DNA of 64,000 bases from Candidatus Poseidoniales archaeon. Lineage in GTDB: Archaea; Thermoplasmatota; Poseidoniia; Poseidoniales; Thalassarchaeaceae. The notes beneath the pieces are model-generated. The model did no database searches, was not told where the DNA came from, and was given only the letters and a program-made list of their open reading frames with translations. The translations under genes and the position numbers were made by a program. The DNA is taken from assembly GCA_012960975.1 (NCBI GenBank), contig DUAE01000028.1:17927-81926 (forward strand), in the 5' to 3' direction. This document shows positions 27,502-37,156 of this stretch, one piece after another (position 1 is the first letter of the stretch; each line of letters starts with the position of its first letter).

Positions 27502-30084
27502 ATGCGCTCACTAGCCGCCTCGATAATACTCCTGATGTTGATATCAATATTTTCACCTTTACAGGTAATTCAAGCAGAGGAAGGAAATCCTACATCTGTG
27601 ATTATCAATGAAATTTATGTATCACCTAGTAGTGAAGAATACGGTGGAATCGATTGGAATGGTGATGGGCAGATTGGCAAATATTCAAATCAATTTTTAG
27701 AAATTTTCAATCCAACATCAGCTGCGATTGATCTTGGAGGATTTTGGATTGACGATGCAGCAAATGCTGGTTCTCCGGCCTGTTCAATTGGTTGGGACAC
27801 TATTATTCAGCCAGGTGCTTATGTAACATTTTTCAGATCAAACACACAGATTGATTTCGATTTTTGGGATGGGGACTCAATCACAATTTACGATAGCAGC
27901 ATGAGTGTTCTTGATTCGGTCACATATCCTGGAGAAGATTCCGATTATGGCATACCTTACGGATATGATGCAAATGGGTCATGGGGAAAAATCGCAGATG
28001 GCCCAACTCCTGGTGGTGCTAACGACCAGCCATGGGTTGGAATTAATCACTTGCAGGGAACATGTTATCCAGTCAGAGATCACATACATTCAGGATCATA
28101 CATTTTACAGGGCAAGATTGTAACTATGATTGCTGAAAATTCAATAATAGAGGATGGTCAAGTATTGGTTACTAATGGAATCATTGAAGCGGTTTGGAGT
28201 TCTGACGACTTAACTCCTGATATCGCAGAAGGAGTCGAAATTATTATCGAAACTAGTGGTGTAATATATCCGGGATTGATCGACATTCATAATCATCCAC
28301 ATTATAATTTCATACCACTATGGGATCATGGTACAAATGGTTGGGATAATCGCTATGAATGGCGCACTGAAGATTACTACAAAGATTCGATTACTATTGT
28401 AGAAAACGGCGTTAACGACGGTGGAAGTGACGGTTGTGACCTGATATCTGAAGCTATGAAATTCGCTGAAGTCCGCTCGATATCTGGTGGTACAACTGCT
28501 ATTCAAGGTTCAACTTCACAGGATACTGCTACATTCGATTCAATTCTAGCTCGAAATGTAGAACAGTATAATTTTGGTAAGGATAGAATCGAAACTCGTG
28601 TCGGAGGAAGTTGGTTCCCGGATGATTATTCTGGTTCTCACATCAAATCTGCCTTGGCAGATGGTGACCTCGATGCTTGGTTAGTTCATCTCGCTGAAGG
28701 TATCGATGAGCCTTCACGAGCAGAATTTGATGCTCTAGTAAATAACGATCTAATAATCGATGAGTTAGTCATCATTCATGGCACTGCCCTTACTTCGAAT
28801 GAATTTGAGATAATGGCTAGCGTTGGAGCTTCTTTGGTTTGGTCACCAATGTCGAATTTACTCCTTTACGGTGATACTGCAGACATCGCAGCAGCCAAAG
28901 CTGCTGGAGTCAGCATTTCTGTGGCACCAGATTGGGCACCATCGGGTGCAAAAAATGTCTTGCATGAAATTAAGGTCGCCGATTGGTGGGACACAAATGT
29001 CCTCGGAAATATTTTCACCGATTTTGAAATGGTTCAAATGATTACGACAAATCCTGTTGATGAAGTAAATTGGACCGCTCAAGTCGGTAGGATTCAACCA
29101 GGTCTAGCTGCCGACCTTCTCATTCTCGATTCGTTCGAGGTTGACCCATACAGAAATCTGCTTAATTCGGTAGATTCCGATGTACGTTTGGTGGTCGTCG
29201 GTGGCATGCCAATTTGGGGAGATGTTGATGTAATGCAAGCTCTAATAGAGGATGCTGAGATTGTTCAAGCACCTGGCTATACGAAGGCTGTAGATGTCAC
29301 TTACGCTGGAATTGAAGGAGGCGAAAAGACTCTCGCTAGCATGATTTCGAATATTGAAAACTGCATGTCAAACTTAGCAACACCTGCGGTTATGGAAAAA
29401 TGGTATACCCTCGGTGATGACCGCTATTTTGATGTTCTAAATCGCTCAGAAACTTTCCAACAAGGACGAACAATTGATCTCTTCGGAGATTATTATGATA
29501 TCCAACTCAATGATGATGGCCATCGTATTGGTGGTTCGGTTAGTGGCGCTGAACCAATTGATCCAGGAACTGGTGAAGGAACAGGGACGGTCATCGAACC
29601 ACCTGTTTTACCAATTATTTGGGAAACCTATGGTCCTCGAGGCGGCTCACTTCCACATCCTACCACAATTGAAGAAGGAATCCACTTCGAAATATGTGAA
29701 ACAGACAGACAGATCCTTTCCGACAATGATGTACCTCTTGTTCCGATTGAAAAGGAACTTCTCTGTGGCTCAATTTTAGTAGTAATGCAACCGACTGAAG
29801 AATGCATAGATTCTGGTGGTTCATACTGTAACTTAGATGTCGGTGATGCGCTTGCAGTCCCATCTCACCTCTGTGATGATGCTGGAACATTTCCAATTCA
29901 AGTAACCTGTAAAGCAGCATGGTCTTTCAACGATATCGATGATGTAGAACCCCAACCTGAACCTGAACCTGAACCTTCATCATTGAGGGGGGGGGCTTTC
30001 TATTATGTTGCCTTCTTAGTTGCAGGGATGATACTAATCGGGTCATTGACAATCGTTTACAACAATTTGAATCGCGAAGAATGA
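27502..30084 (+). CDS. Cell-surface lamin-tail-domain / amidohydrolase-superfamily protein with C-terminal TM anchor
   Basis: The ORF opens at TTG 27457; ATG 27502 gives a signal-like MRSLAASIILLMLISIFSPLQVIQA. LTD-like VIINEIYVSP...NQFLEIFNP...GFWIDD. Amidohydrolase motifs PGLIDIHNHPH, VHLAEG, IIHGTAL and VAPDW. An EPQPEPEPEP linker precedes the TM helix AFYYVAFLVAGMILIGSLTIVY. Confidence 0.7.
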   Translation: MRSLAASIILLMLISIFSPLQVIQAEEGNPTSVIINEIYVSPSSEEYGGIDWNGDGQIGKYSNQFLEIFNPTSAAIDLGGFWIDDAANAGSPACSIGWDTIIQPGAYVTFFRSNTQIDFDFWDGDSITIYDSSMSVLDSVTYPGEDSDYGIPYGYDANGSWGKIADGPTPGGANDQPWVGINHLQGTCYPVRDHIHSGSYILQGKIVTMIAENSIIEDGQVLVTNGIIEAVWSSDDLTPDIAEGVEIIIETSGVIYPGLIDIHNHPHYNFIPLWDHGTNGWDNRYEWRTEDYYKDSITIVENGVNDGGSDGCDLISEAMKFAEVRSISGGTTAIQGSTSQDTATFDSILARNVEQYNFGKDRIETRVGGSWFPDDYSGSHIKSALADGDLDAWLVHLAEGIDEPSRAEFDALVNNDLIIDELVIIHGTALTSNEFEIMASVGASLVWSPMSNLLLYGDTADIAAAKAAGVSISVAPDWAPSGAKNVLHEIKVADWWDTNVLGNIFTDFEMVQMITTNPVDEVNWTAQVGRIQPGLAADLLILDSFEVDPYRNLLNSVDSDVRLVVVGGMPIWGDVDVMQALIEDAEIVQAPGYTKAVDVTYAGIEGGEKTLASMISNIENCMSNLATPAVMEKWYTLGDDRYFDVLNRSETFQQGRTIDLFGDYYDIQLNDDGHRIGGSVSGAEPIDPGTGEGTGTVIEPPVLPIIWETYGPRGGSLPHPTTIEEGIHFEICETDRQILSDNDVPLVPIEKELLCGSILVVMQPTEECIDSGGSYCNLDVGDALAVPSHLCDDAGTFPIQVTCKAAWSFNDIDDVEPQPEPEPEPSSLRGGAFYYVAFLVAGMILIGSLTIVYNNLNREE
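29947..29976 (+). repeat. Hexanucleotide repeat (GAACCT-like x5, 3 perfect) encoding an EPQPEPEPEP linker
   Basis: GAACCC CAACCT GAACCT GAACCT GAACCT, read directly, in frame within the amidohydrolase CDS. Confidence 0.9.
29987..29995 (+). repeat. G9 homopolymer inside the CDS, immediately upstream of the TM-anchor codons
   Basis: TTG AGG GGG GGG GCT. I counted 9 consecutive G at 29987-29995. Confidence 0.9.
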
Positions 30085-30127
30085 AATTCGTCCTAAAGTT
30101 CATCATCATGACCAATCAGTCAACCTC

Positions 30128-31717
30128 ATGCTTGGACAGGATTCGCCAGCTCTTGAATTGGATGCTGGCTTTCTCGACATTTCAGTCCCCCCCTTCAAAA
30201 GAAATGGATTTCAACAGACCTTTATTTCCATAATCAGAATTTTTGCATGGAGCATCGCATGGCTAGGGATGATTATTGGATTCTTATTTTCAAGTGGTGC
30301 ATTTGACTTAATCGGTACTAATTCCTGGATTATATTTTTGATACCTGCATTCATATGCATCATTTGTGGTCTAATCCTTACTTTTACATCTCCAACCGAA
30401 TTATCGAATAAATTGCATAATATCAGAAAGAACGCACCTCCTAGAGATTATATCCGACGACAAGAAGCCGGAGGAATTGAATTAGAGAATTTTTGGAATT
30501 CGGCGACGATAAATATCCCATCTACCGACGATAGAGGATGGGTTTTCGAATCTCCAGGCGAAGAACATTGGTACAATGAAAATCCTTACTCAAAAGATGA
30601 AGGGGGTATTATTGCTGAACATCCGACAATAATTGGAACACCTAAACCCGCAACCATTTCTACCTATGGAATTAGTTTAACTCTCGTATCGATAATGCTG
30701 ATAATGGCAGGTTATGCTATTGCTGATTTTAGCACAAATGGTTGGGAGTGCCAGAATGGAGAAATAATTCCAATCCTCTTAGTCGGAGGAGAGGATGATG
30801 ACGGAAATCCATTATCGCATTGTAAAGATATGAGTGATTCTGGATTAGACAAACCTTCATGGGCTAGTTCTCCAGAATTAGAAGGATATTTTCCTGCTGA
30901 TCCTCGCATTACTTACGGACTTGGTTTAATCTCAATAATTTGGCTCGGTTATAGTATTACACGATGGAAACGAGTTAATACGATAATTGGTGTACCTACA
31001 TCATTAATTCGTTCAGTCGCCATAGGTAATGCAGAATTAGTGGGTCAGGTTAGAAAACATCTTGCCGACCCAATGACCATCACTGTTGACAATGATCCTT
31101 CCAAGGTCGTCGACGACCTCTATATGTCACATTGGACATATGAGGTCTACATTTGTCGACGGGTTTCGGATGGGGATGGCGGAACGAGGGAAGAATGTAG
31201 TTGGGAATTGGTACGGCAAAAAAAAGATGTTCGGAATTTTGTGCTGAATGATGGAACCGGCGGAATTGTAGTACGTCCAGGATCATGGAAAAGTAATAGA
31301 ATCGAACTAGGTCAACACCTCATTCAGTGGGAATGTCGGAATGATCTGAGTTATAGAGGATTAATCCTCAATCTAATGACTAGTGGAGATGTACGTAGAC
31401 ATCGTTGGACTCTATTTGGTTTGAAAATTGGTGACCCCATCTATCTAACAGGGGAAGTCAGCAACCGAGATAATATAGAATTTCAGCATGAAAATATCGA
31501 ACCTTACAAGGACTTAACACGTAAATCTGCAGTTCTACAAGTGAAAGGTCGAGACTCTCCGGGATTCAGAAGTTACCTCGAGCGAGGCTCGGAACTCGGA
31601 GTATTAAGCAACGCCAGAAGTCAATACGACTACCTCATACCTGGAGCCATCGCTGTAATTGGTGCGTCGATGATTCTCGCAAAATGGAATTTTGCATTCT
31701 CTGGGTATTTTTGGTGA
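30128..31717 (+). CDS. Multi-pass membrane protein, possible GIDE-like domain
   Basis: 529 aa with about five TM spans. The beta-rich region NAELVGQVR...CSWELVRQKKDVRNFVLNDGTGGIVVRPGSW plus a terminal TM is reminiscent of prokaryotic GIDE (PF12483) proteins. This is recalled from memory only. Confidence 0.3.
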   Translation: MLGQDSPALELDAGFLDISVPPFKRNGFQQTFISIIRIFAWSIAWLGMIIGFLFSSGAFDLIGTNSWIIFLIPAFICIICGLILTFTSPTELSNKLHNIRKNAPPRDYIRRQEAGGIELENFWNSATINIPSTDDRGWVFESPGEEHWYNENPYSKDEGGIIAEHPTIIGTPKPATISTYGISLTLVSIMLIMAGYAIADFSTNGWECQNGEIIPILLVGGEDDDGNPLSHCKDMSDSGLDKPSWASSPELEGYFPADPRITYGLGLISIIWLGYSITRWKRVNTIIGVPTSLIRSVAIGNAELVGQVRKHLADPMTITVDNDPSKVVDDLYMSHWTYEVYICRRVSDGDGGTREECSWELVRQKKDVRNFVLNDGTGGIVVRPGSWKSNRIELGQHLIQWECRNDLSYRGLILNLMTSGDVRRHRWTLFGLKIGDPIYLTGEVSNRDNIEFQHENIEPYKDLTRKSAVLQVKGRDSPGFRSYLERGSELGVLSNARSQYDYLIPGAIAVIGASMILAKWNFAFSGYFW

Positions 31718-33151
31718 TTATTTTAATTCCCAAACTGGCCCATCGGGTCCATCTTTTACTTTCACGCCAAGAGCACTTAATTCGTTTCTAATTTCATCGG
31801 CTCGAGCCCAATTTTTTGAATCCCGAGCCAAGCTTCGCTCCACCAGCAACGGCTCAACAATCATTTCTAATTCAGTTCTTGCAGTATTATCTTCAGCGAC
31901 CATTGAGCGGGTTGTTTCTTCATCTGGAAGCAAACCTAAAATTTCGCCAGCAAATTCAGTTAACCAACCCACGCCAGCAGCGATGAAATTATCATCATTA
32001 TTATCTGCAAATAAAGATTGTAGCTCTCGAACAATTGATTGAACTTCGACCATTGCAGTTCGAGTATTGAAATCATCATTCATCCCTGCAGTGAAGTTTT
32101 CTGCTGCAGCCTCAAGTGTGCTGAAACCATTCCAATCACCACTTCCAGTAGCGACCAGCGCTTTACCATAAATTGCTATCATCCGCTGGTAATGTTTCTG
32201 GGATTCTTCAAGCATTGCCATATTGAATTCGACAGGTTGACGATAAGGGGCATTGAGAAGAGAATACCTCAATTCAAGTGGACTGACGTGTTCAAATGTA
32301 TCACGAATAGTCCAAAAATTTCCAAGTGATTTCGACATTTTTTCGCCGTCGACATTTATCATACCATTGTGAATCCAATACTTGACTACCGGCTCGATTC
32401 CAAGGCAGCATTCCGATTGAAAAATCTCCGCCTCGTGATGTGGGAAAAGAAGATCTGAACCGCCGCCATGAATATCAAAAGTCTCACCGAGATGCTTGAG
32501 TGACATTGCTGAACACTCGATATGCCAACCAGGTCGACCCTGTCCCCAAGGACTTTCCCAAGAGGGTTCGCCTGACTTCGCTAATTTCCACAATGCAAAA
32601 TCACGATGATCTCGCTTACCCGAGCCGGTTCCATCAACCCGTCCACCAGCACCGGCTCGAACCATATCTAGAGTTTGACCAGTTAATTGCCCATACTTTT
32701 CTGGCGCGGTATCAATCTCAAAGTAAACTCCATCACCCTCAACATAAGCATGGCCTTTTTCAACAAGCTGTTCTACCATTTCGATGATTTCTGGAATCGT
32801 GCCGGTCACTCGAGGGTAATCGTCGGCACGTAGAACATTCATCGCATCCATAACCTCGTAGTAATCTGCGATATTTCTTTCAGCGACAATAGAGAAATCA
32901 ACACCTTCGGCGTTCGCAACATTGATGATTTTGTCATCAATGTCGGTGAAATTAGTTACATAATTCACATCATATCCCGAATGACGAAGCCAGCGAGTTA
33001 TGACATCGAAAGCAATGGCTTGGCGAGCGTGCCCAAGGTGAGATGGAGAGTACGGAGTGATACCACAAGCATAGAGACTAACCTTTCCAGATACTATCGA
33101 ATTAAACTCACGCTTAGAGCGCGAACGCGTGTCGTAGACTCTCAGCGCCAT
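31718..33151 (-). CDS. cysS: Cysteinyl-tRNA synthetase
   Basis: HIGH motif [20 protein letters not shown] motif KMSKSLGN, and WHIECS. Confidence 0.96.
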   Translation of the reverse strand: MALRVYDTRSRSKREFNSIVSGKVSLYACGITPYSPSHLGHARQAIAFDVITRWLRHSGYDVNYVTNFTDIDDKIINVANAEGVDFSIVAERNIADYYEVMDAMNVLRADDYPRVTGTIPEIIEMVEQLVEKGHAYVEGDGVYFEIDTAPEKYGQLTGQTLDMVRAGAGGRVDGTGSGKRDHRDFALWKLAKSGEPSWESPWGQGRPGWHIECSAMSLKHLGETFDIHGGGSDLLFPHHEAEIFQSECCLGIEPVVKYWIHNGMINVDGEKMSKSLGNFWTIRDTFEHVSPLELRYSLLNAPYRQPVEFNMAMLEESQKHYQRMIAIYGKALVATGSGDWNGFSTLEAAAENFTAGMNDDFNTRTAMVEVQSIVRELQSLFADNNDDNFIAAGVGWLTEFAGEILGLLPDEETTRSMVAEDNTARTELEMIVEPLLVERSLARDSKNWARADEIRNELSALGVKVKDGPDGPVWELK

Positions 33152-33180
33152 ATTCTCAATCGTTTCTCAGCGCGTGCCCA

Positions 33181-33885
33181 TCATGAACTTCGCGCTGCAT
33201 CAATGAGTGCTTTATACAATTCATGATGGTCAATCCGTTCAGGATGCCATTGAACTCCAATACAAAATTTATGATTTGGCATTTCCACAGCTTCGATTAA
33301 TCCATCATGTGAAGAGTAGCCAGAAATCGTCAAACTACCAGCATCGCTCACCCCTTGATGGTGAGTCGAGTTCGCCGTCACACTTTTCCCAAGAATTTTA
33401 CAAAGATGAGAGCCTTCTACCACCTCTACACCGTGTTCACTCACTACTCCATTCCAGCCACCATGATTTTCAAATCCTTGAGTTTTAGGTAAATGTTGAT
33501 GTATACTTCCACCTGCGAGGATACACATCATTTGGAACCCTCGACACACGCCCAGAAGAGGAATTTCTCTCTCAATCGCTCCTTTGATTAAAGCGATTTC
33601 AGATTCATCCTGTTCAGGATAGATATCATCTGAAAATTCACCTGCAACCTGTCCGTACAATTCTGGGTCGATATCCGGACCCCCTGCCACTACCAATGCA
33701 TCGAGGCAATCGAGAATGCTCACATCACCCCCGGGTGGTATCAATAATGGATTGCCCCCACATTTTCTTATCATCTTGGGATATGTTGTTGGTAAGACAA
33801 TCGCATGAAGATCCCAATTCGCCCATTTTGTTTGACGTGCAGGAGTTGTAATCCCAATGATTGGGGCTCGAACTGCGGTAGTCAT
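33181..33885 (-). CDS. Class I glutamine amidotransferase, peptidase C26 / PuuD-like gamma-glutamyl hydrolase (paralog 1)
   Basis: IIGIT, GGPDIDPELYG, nucleophile elbow GVCRGFQMM, HHQGV and QWHPE. Confidence 0.8.
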   Translation of the reverse strand: MTTAVRAPIIGITTPARQTKWANWDLHAIVLPTTYPKMIRKCGGNPLLIPPGGDVSILDCLDALVVAGGPDIDPELYGQVAGEFSDDIYPEQDESEIALIKGAIEREIPLLGVCRGFQMMCILAGGSIHQHLPKTQGFENHGGWNGVVSEHGVEVVEGSHLCKILGKSVTANSTHHQGVSDAGSLTISGYSSHDGLIEAVEMPNHKFCIGVQWHPERIDHHELYKALIDAARSS

Positions 33886-33928
33886 ATCATATCGCGTAAA
33901 CGAATAACTAAATTAAATAAACCTTAAT

Positions 33929-34630
33929 TCAGTTTCCTGCAGCAGTTATTAGAGCCGTAAATATCTCATCTTGACTAGTCATCTCAGGATGCCATTGAGT
34001 AGAAATCAAAAAAGTCATTCCTTTGAGTTCAACTGCTTCAATCAAACCATCGTCAGTTCTACCGACCACGGCTAGGTCGCCCGCATTGGAAACACCTTGG
34101 TGATGGCCAGAATTAACCATAATTTCTGTACCTAATAATTCCTCAAGAATCGACCCTTTTTCTAGGTTTACTTGATGATTTGACCATTTTCCTCCAGTTG
34201 CACCATGATTTTCGAATCCTTTGGTCTCCGGTAGATGTTGATGAAGTTCTCCACCTCTTTCAATGCAGAGTAATTGATGACCTCTGCAAGTGCATAATAT
34301 TGGCAAGTCGCGCTCAATAGCACCTCTCAATAAATTGATTTCCCACTCATCTTGAGTTCCCCTAACATCCTTCGTTTGGTCTACACCCTCTTGCCCGTAG
34401 AGGATAGGGTCAATATCTCGACCTCCTGAAAAAATGATTCCATCCAAAATGTCGAGGACTTCCTCAAGTTCATCTCCCTCGACCAATAATAATGCAATTC
34501 CACCGGCCTTGTGAACTGCGTTGGGATAATTGGCAGGTAACATGACAACCGATTGATTTCCAACCTCATATTGGACCGAATTAATCGATGTAGTTATTCC
34601 GATTAATGGAATCAATTGTATTACCTCCAA
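33929..34630 (-). CDS. Class I glutamine amidotransferase, peptidase C26 / PuuD-like (paralog 2)
   Basis: LIGIT, GGRDIDPILYG, CTCRGHQLL, HHQGV and QWHPE. It is colinear with the neighbour at roughly 45% identity by eye. Confidence 0.8.
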   Translation of the reverse strand: MEVIQLIPLIGITTSINSVQYEVGNQSVVMLPANYPNAVHKAGGIALLLVEGDELEEVLDILDGIIFSGGRDIDPILYGQEGVDQTKDVRGTQDEWEINLLRGAIERDLPILCTCRGHQLLCIERGGELHQHLPETKGFENHGATGGKWSNHQVNLEKGSILEELLGTEIMVNSGHHQGVSNAGDLAVVGRTDDGLIEAVELKGMTFLISTQWHPEMTSQDEIFTALITAAGN

Positions 34631-34633
34631 TCG

Positions 34634-34981
34634 TTAAGCATGTTTCATTGAGATGAGTACTGCGAATGTGTGAGCTGCTAGCATCATTGCCAATGGTAGA
34701 TGGAGCCAGCCGAAATCTGGCATCATAAATAATCCAACACAGAGTTGAATCACCGATATACCAGCAACTGCGAAAGCATTGCCTTTTACTGATTTATTTT
34801 CAATTCCAGATTGAATTACTATAACTGGGAGTGCGATTGCAAGAACAGTAATCAGATACGCAGTATGTGAATGTCCCATATCAGTACCACTGAGTAATTC
34901 CCAACCAATTGCACCTTGAAATAATGTAAGAGCAAATATTGTTCCAGCGACTGGGCGAATTGCTTTGGTTAGGTCTGTCAT
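34634..34981 (-). CDS. Small 4-TM membrane protein
   Basis: 115 aa with four hydrophobic spans and several His residues. It lies 32 nt downstream of the Fe-S oxidoreductase gene on the same strand. Confidence 0.45.
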   Translation of the reverse strand: MTDLTKAIRPVAGTIFALTLFQGAIGWELLSGTDMGHSHTAYLITVLAIALPVIVIQSGIENKSVKGNAFAVAGISVIQLCVGLFMMPDFGWLHLPLAMMLAAHTFAVLISMKHA

Positions 34982-35013
34982 GACATCGGCTGGTGCCAGC
35001 TAGTATTTGACGG

Positions 35014-37020
35014 TCACGATTCAATTGAAGTAGATTCTACTGCAGTATGAATCTCCTTATCTCGCTCAACAATTTGTTCCCACAATAGTTCTGCGATATC
35101 TTTCACATCCATTTCGGCTCCAACAGTATCCAAACCATCTTTCACCATAATTGAACAAAATGGACAGCCGATTGCTACAGTATCGCAGCCGGTTGCTGCA
35201 ATTTCCTCTGCTCGAATTTTGTTGACTCGTTTGTCGGCGTCTTCTTCCATCCACATCTGAGCGCCACCAGCGCCACAACAGAAAGAATCTTTTCCGTGAC
35301 GCTCAATTTCGACGTCTACTCCACCAAGAACTGCTCGTGGTTCATCGACAACATCGCCTATTCGTCCGAGGTAACAAGGGTCATGGAATGTTATACTCTT
35401 ACCATTTTTATCAAGTTCTGGCAACTTACCTTCCGATTGTAATTTTGCCATTATTTCTGTGTGATGGAAGATTTCTAAATCATCTGCCCCATAATCACCA
35501 TATTCTTTTCCAATTGTATGGAAACAATGTGGACAAGCAGTAATTATTCTCTTCACACCGAGTTCTTCAAATGTTGCAATATTTGTTTCTGCAAGCATTT
35601 GGAAAAGATATTCGTTACCTGATCGTCGGGCAGGATCACCTGAACATCCTTCTCTCATTCCAAGGATCCCAACATCCAGCCCAGCTTCTTTCAGCAAACC
35701 GATAGTTGCGCGAGCGACCTTTTGATTTCGCTCATCGAAACTCGCTGCGCAACCAACGAAATAGATATACTCAGCAGGTTCGCCTACTTTCACATCGAGA
35801 TCCTTAGCCCAATCACCACGCTCATGTTCACCAAATCCATATGGATTTGAAGCCGCCTCCAAATTACCCATCGCCACATTCAATTCTTCAGGGTATTCCA
35901 TCGTCTCCATCATTGCATTACGGCGGAGATCGGTGAGTTTAGGGACATGTTCGATGTAAAGTGGACACACATCGACACAAGCATGGCAAGTAGTACAAGC
36001 CCAAACCGCTTCTTCTGTTATTCGTGCGAGCATCGTTTCTTCGGGTTGATCACCTTTCAGCAGGATGGGTGCGTAATCATTGGCATAATCACGCACATCT
36101 TTGACAATTTGCATCGGGTTCAGCCCTTTCCCAGAAGCATATGCAGGACAAACATCCTGGCAACGTGCGCAAGAAGTACAGGACCATCCATCGATGATTT
36201 GCCTCCAAGTATATTGATCGAAAGTGCTAACTCCAAAAGCATCGATATCTAATTCATCCAATGGAATTGCCTTACCTTCATCATCGATTGCAAGCGGCCG
36301 CATTTTAGCCATCGGTTCGGTATCATGAAAGAATACATTAGGAACTGCCATGACTAAATGCATGTGTTTTGACATTGGAATTAGAATCAAAAAACTACAA
36401 ATTGCTAACATGTGAGCCCAATAAGCAATGATGGCAAAATTTGTCAACGAAGTTCCAGCAACCCAATTTCCAATAGGCTCCCAGGTTGCTGAAGGCGATT
36501 CGACTGATTCAACTATGAAAGAAGTCGTCGTAATCGTCAAAATCAAGAAAAGTATGAAATTGCCTTCCAACTGAGATTCCTTTTTCAACTTCTCAGGAGT
36601 GAAGATGGTACGACGGATGAGTGCGGCCGTGGCACCGATTAGTGCAGACGTATAACCGAGTTCGACAATTCCATTCCATGGATTGTTTAGGATTTCAGGG
36701 AGGATGTTATTAGAGAAGAAATTCGCTGTTGCTAAATCTAGCATATCAGTCGATAGCATCAAAAATCCCCAAAACATGAGAACATGCATTACACCTGCAA
36801 CTCGATCTCGTAAAACCTTCTTTTGACCAAGCCAGCCTACTAATAATTCTTTGATTCGCACACCCCAAGAATCGAACCGGTTATCGGGAGCCCCCAACAT
36901 TACTAATCTAGTCGCGAGAATGACTTGATAGAGAAAGAATATAATCGACCCTCCCCCTATAATTAGAAGGATTAGCCAACCCGAAAAAGGACCATATTCT
37001 AACAAAAGAGGATGTTCCAT
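35014..37020 (-). CDS. Membrane-anchored HdrD/DsrK/GlpC-like Fe-S oxidoreductase (NarI/DsrM-like N-terminal domain fused to a 2x[4Fe-4S] + CCG domain)
   Basis: 668 aa. The N-terminal ~230 aa contain TM spans with conserved His. Ferredoxin motifs CTSCARCQDVCP and CTTCHACVDVCP. Cys-rich CCG-type motifs CPHCFHT, HDPCYLGR, FCCGAGG and GCPFC. Confidence 0.8.
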   Translation of the reverse strand: MEHPLLLEYGPFSGWLILLIIGGGSIIFFLYQVILATRLVMLGAPDNRFDSWGVRIKELLVGWLGQKKVLRDRVAGVMHVLMFWGFLMLSTDMLDLATANFFSNNILPEILNNPWNGIVELGYTSALIGATAALIRRTIFTPEKLKKESQLEGNFILFLILTITTTSFIVESVESPSATWEPIGNWVAGTSLTNFAIIAYWAHMLAICSFLILIPMSKHMHLVMAVPNVFFHDTEPMAKMRPLAIDDEGKAIPLDELDIDAFGVSTFDQYTWRQIIDGWSCTSCARCQDVCPAYASGKGLNPMQIVKDVRDYANDYAPILLKGDQPEETMLARITEEAVWACTTCHACVDVCPLYIEHVPKLTDLRRNAMMETMEYPEELNVAMGNLEAASNPYGFGEHERGDWAKDLDVKVGEPAEYIYFVGCAASFDERNQKVARATIGLLKEAGLDVGILGMREGCSGDPARRSGNEYLFQMLAETNIATFEELGVKRIITACPHCFHTIGKEYGDYGADDLEIFHHTEIMAKLQSEGKLPELDKNGKSITFHDPCYLGRIGDVVDEPRAVLGGVDVEIERHGKDSFCCGAGGAQMWMEEDADKRVNKIRAEEIAATGCDTVAIGCPFCSIMVKDGLDTVGAEMDVKDIAELLWEQIVERDKEIHTAVESTSIES

Positions 37021-37156
37021 TTTGATAAACTCCTCCGACGACTAAGCGCGTCAAACTAAGCGAAGAGAAACTAACCCTTCAATCAACCGCCGATACAGTT
37101 CCCAAAGAGTCTCATAATCCCCAACCCTCATTTCCTCAACACCCCCACCAGATGAC

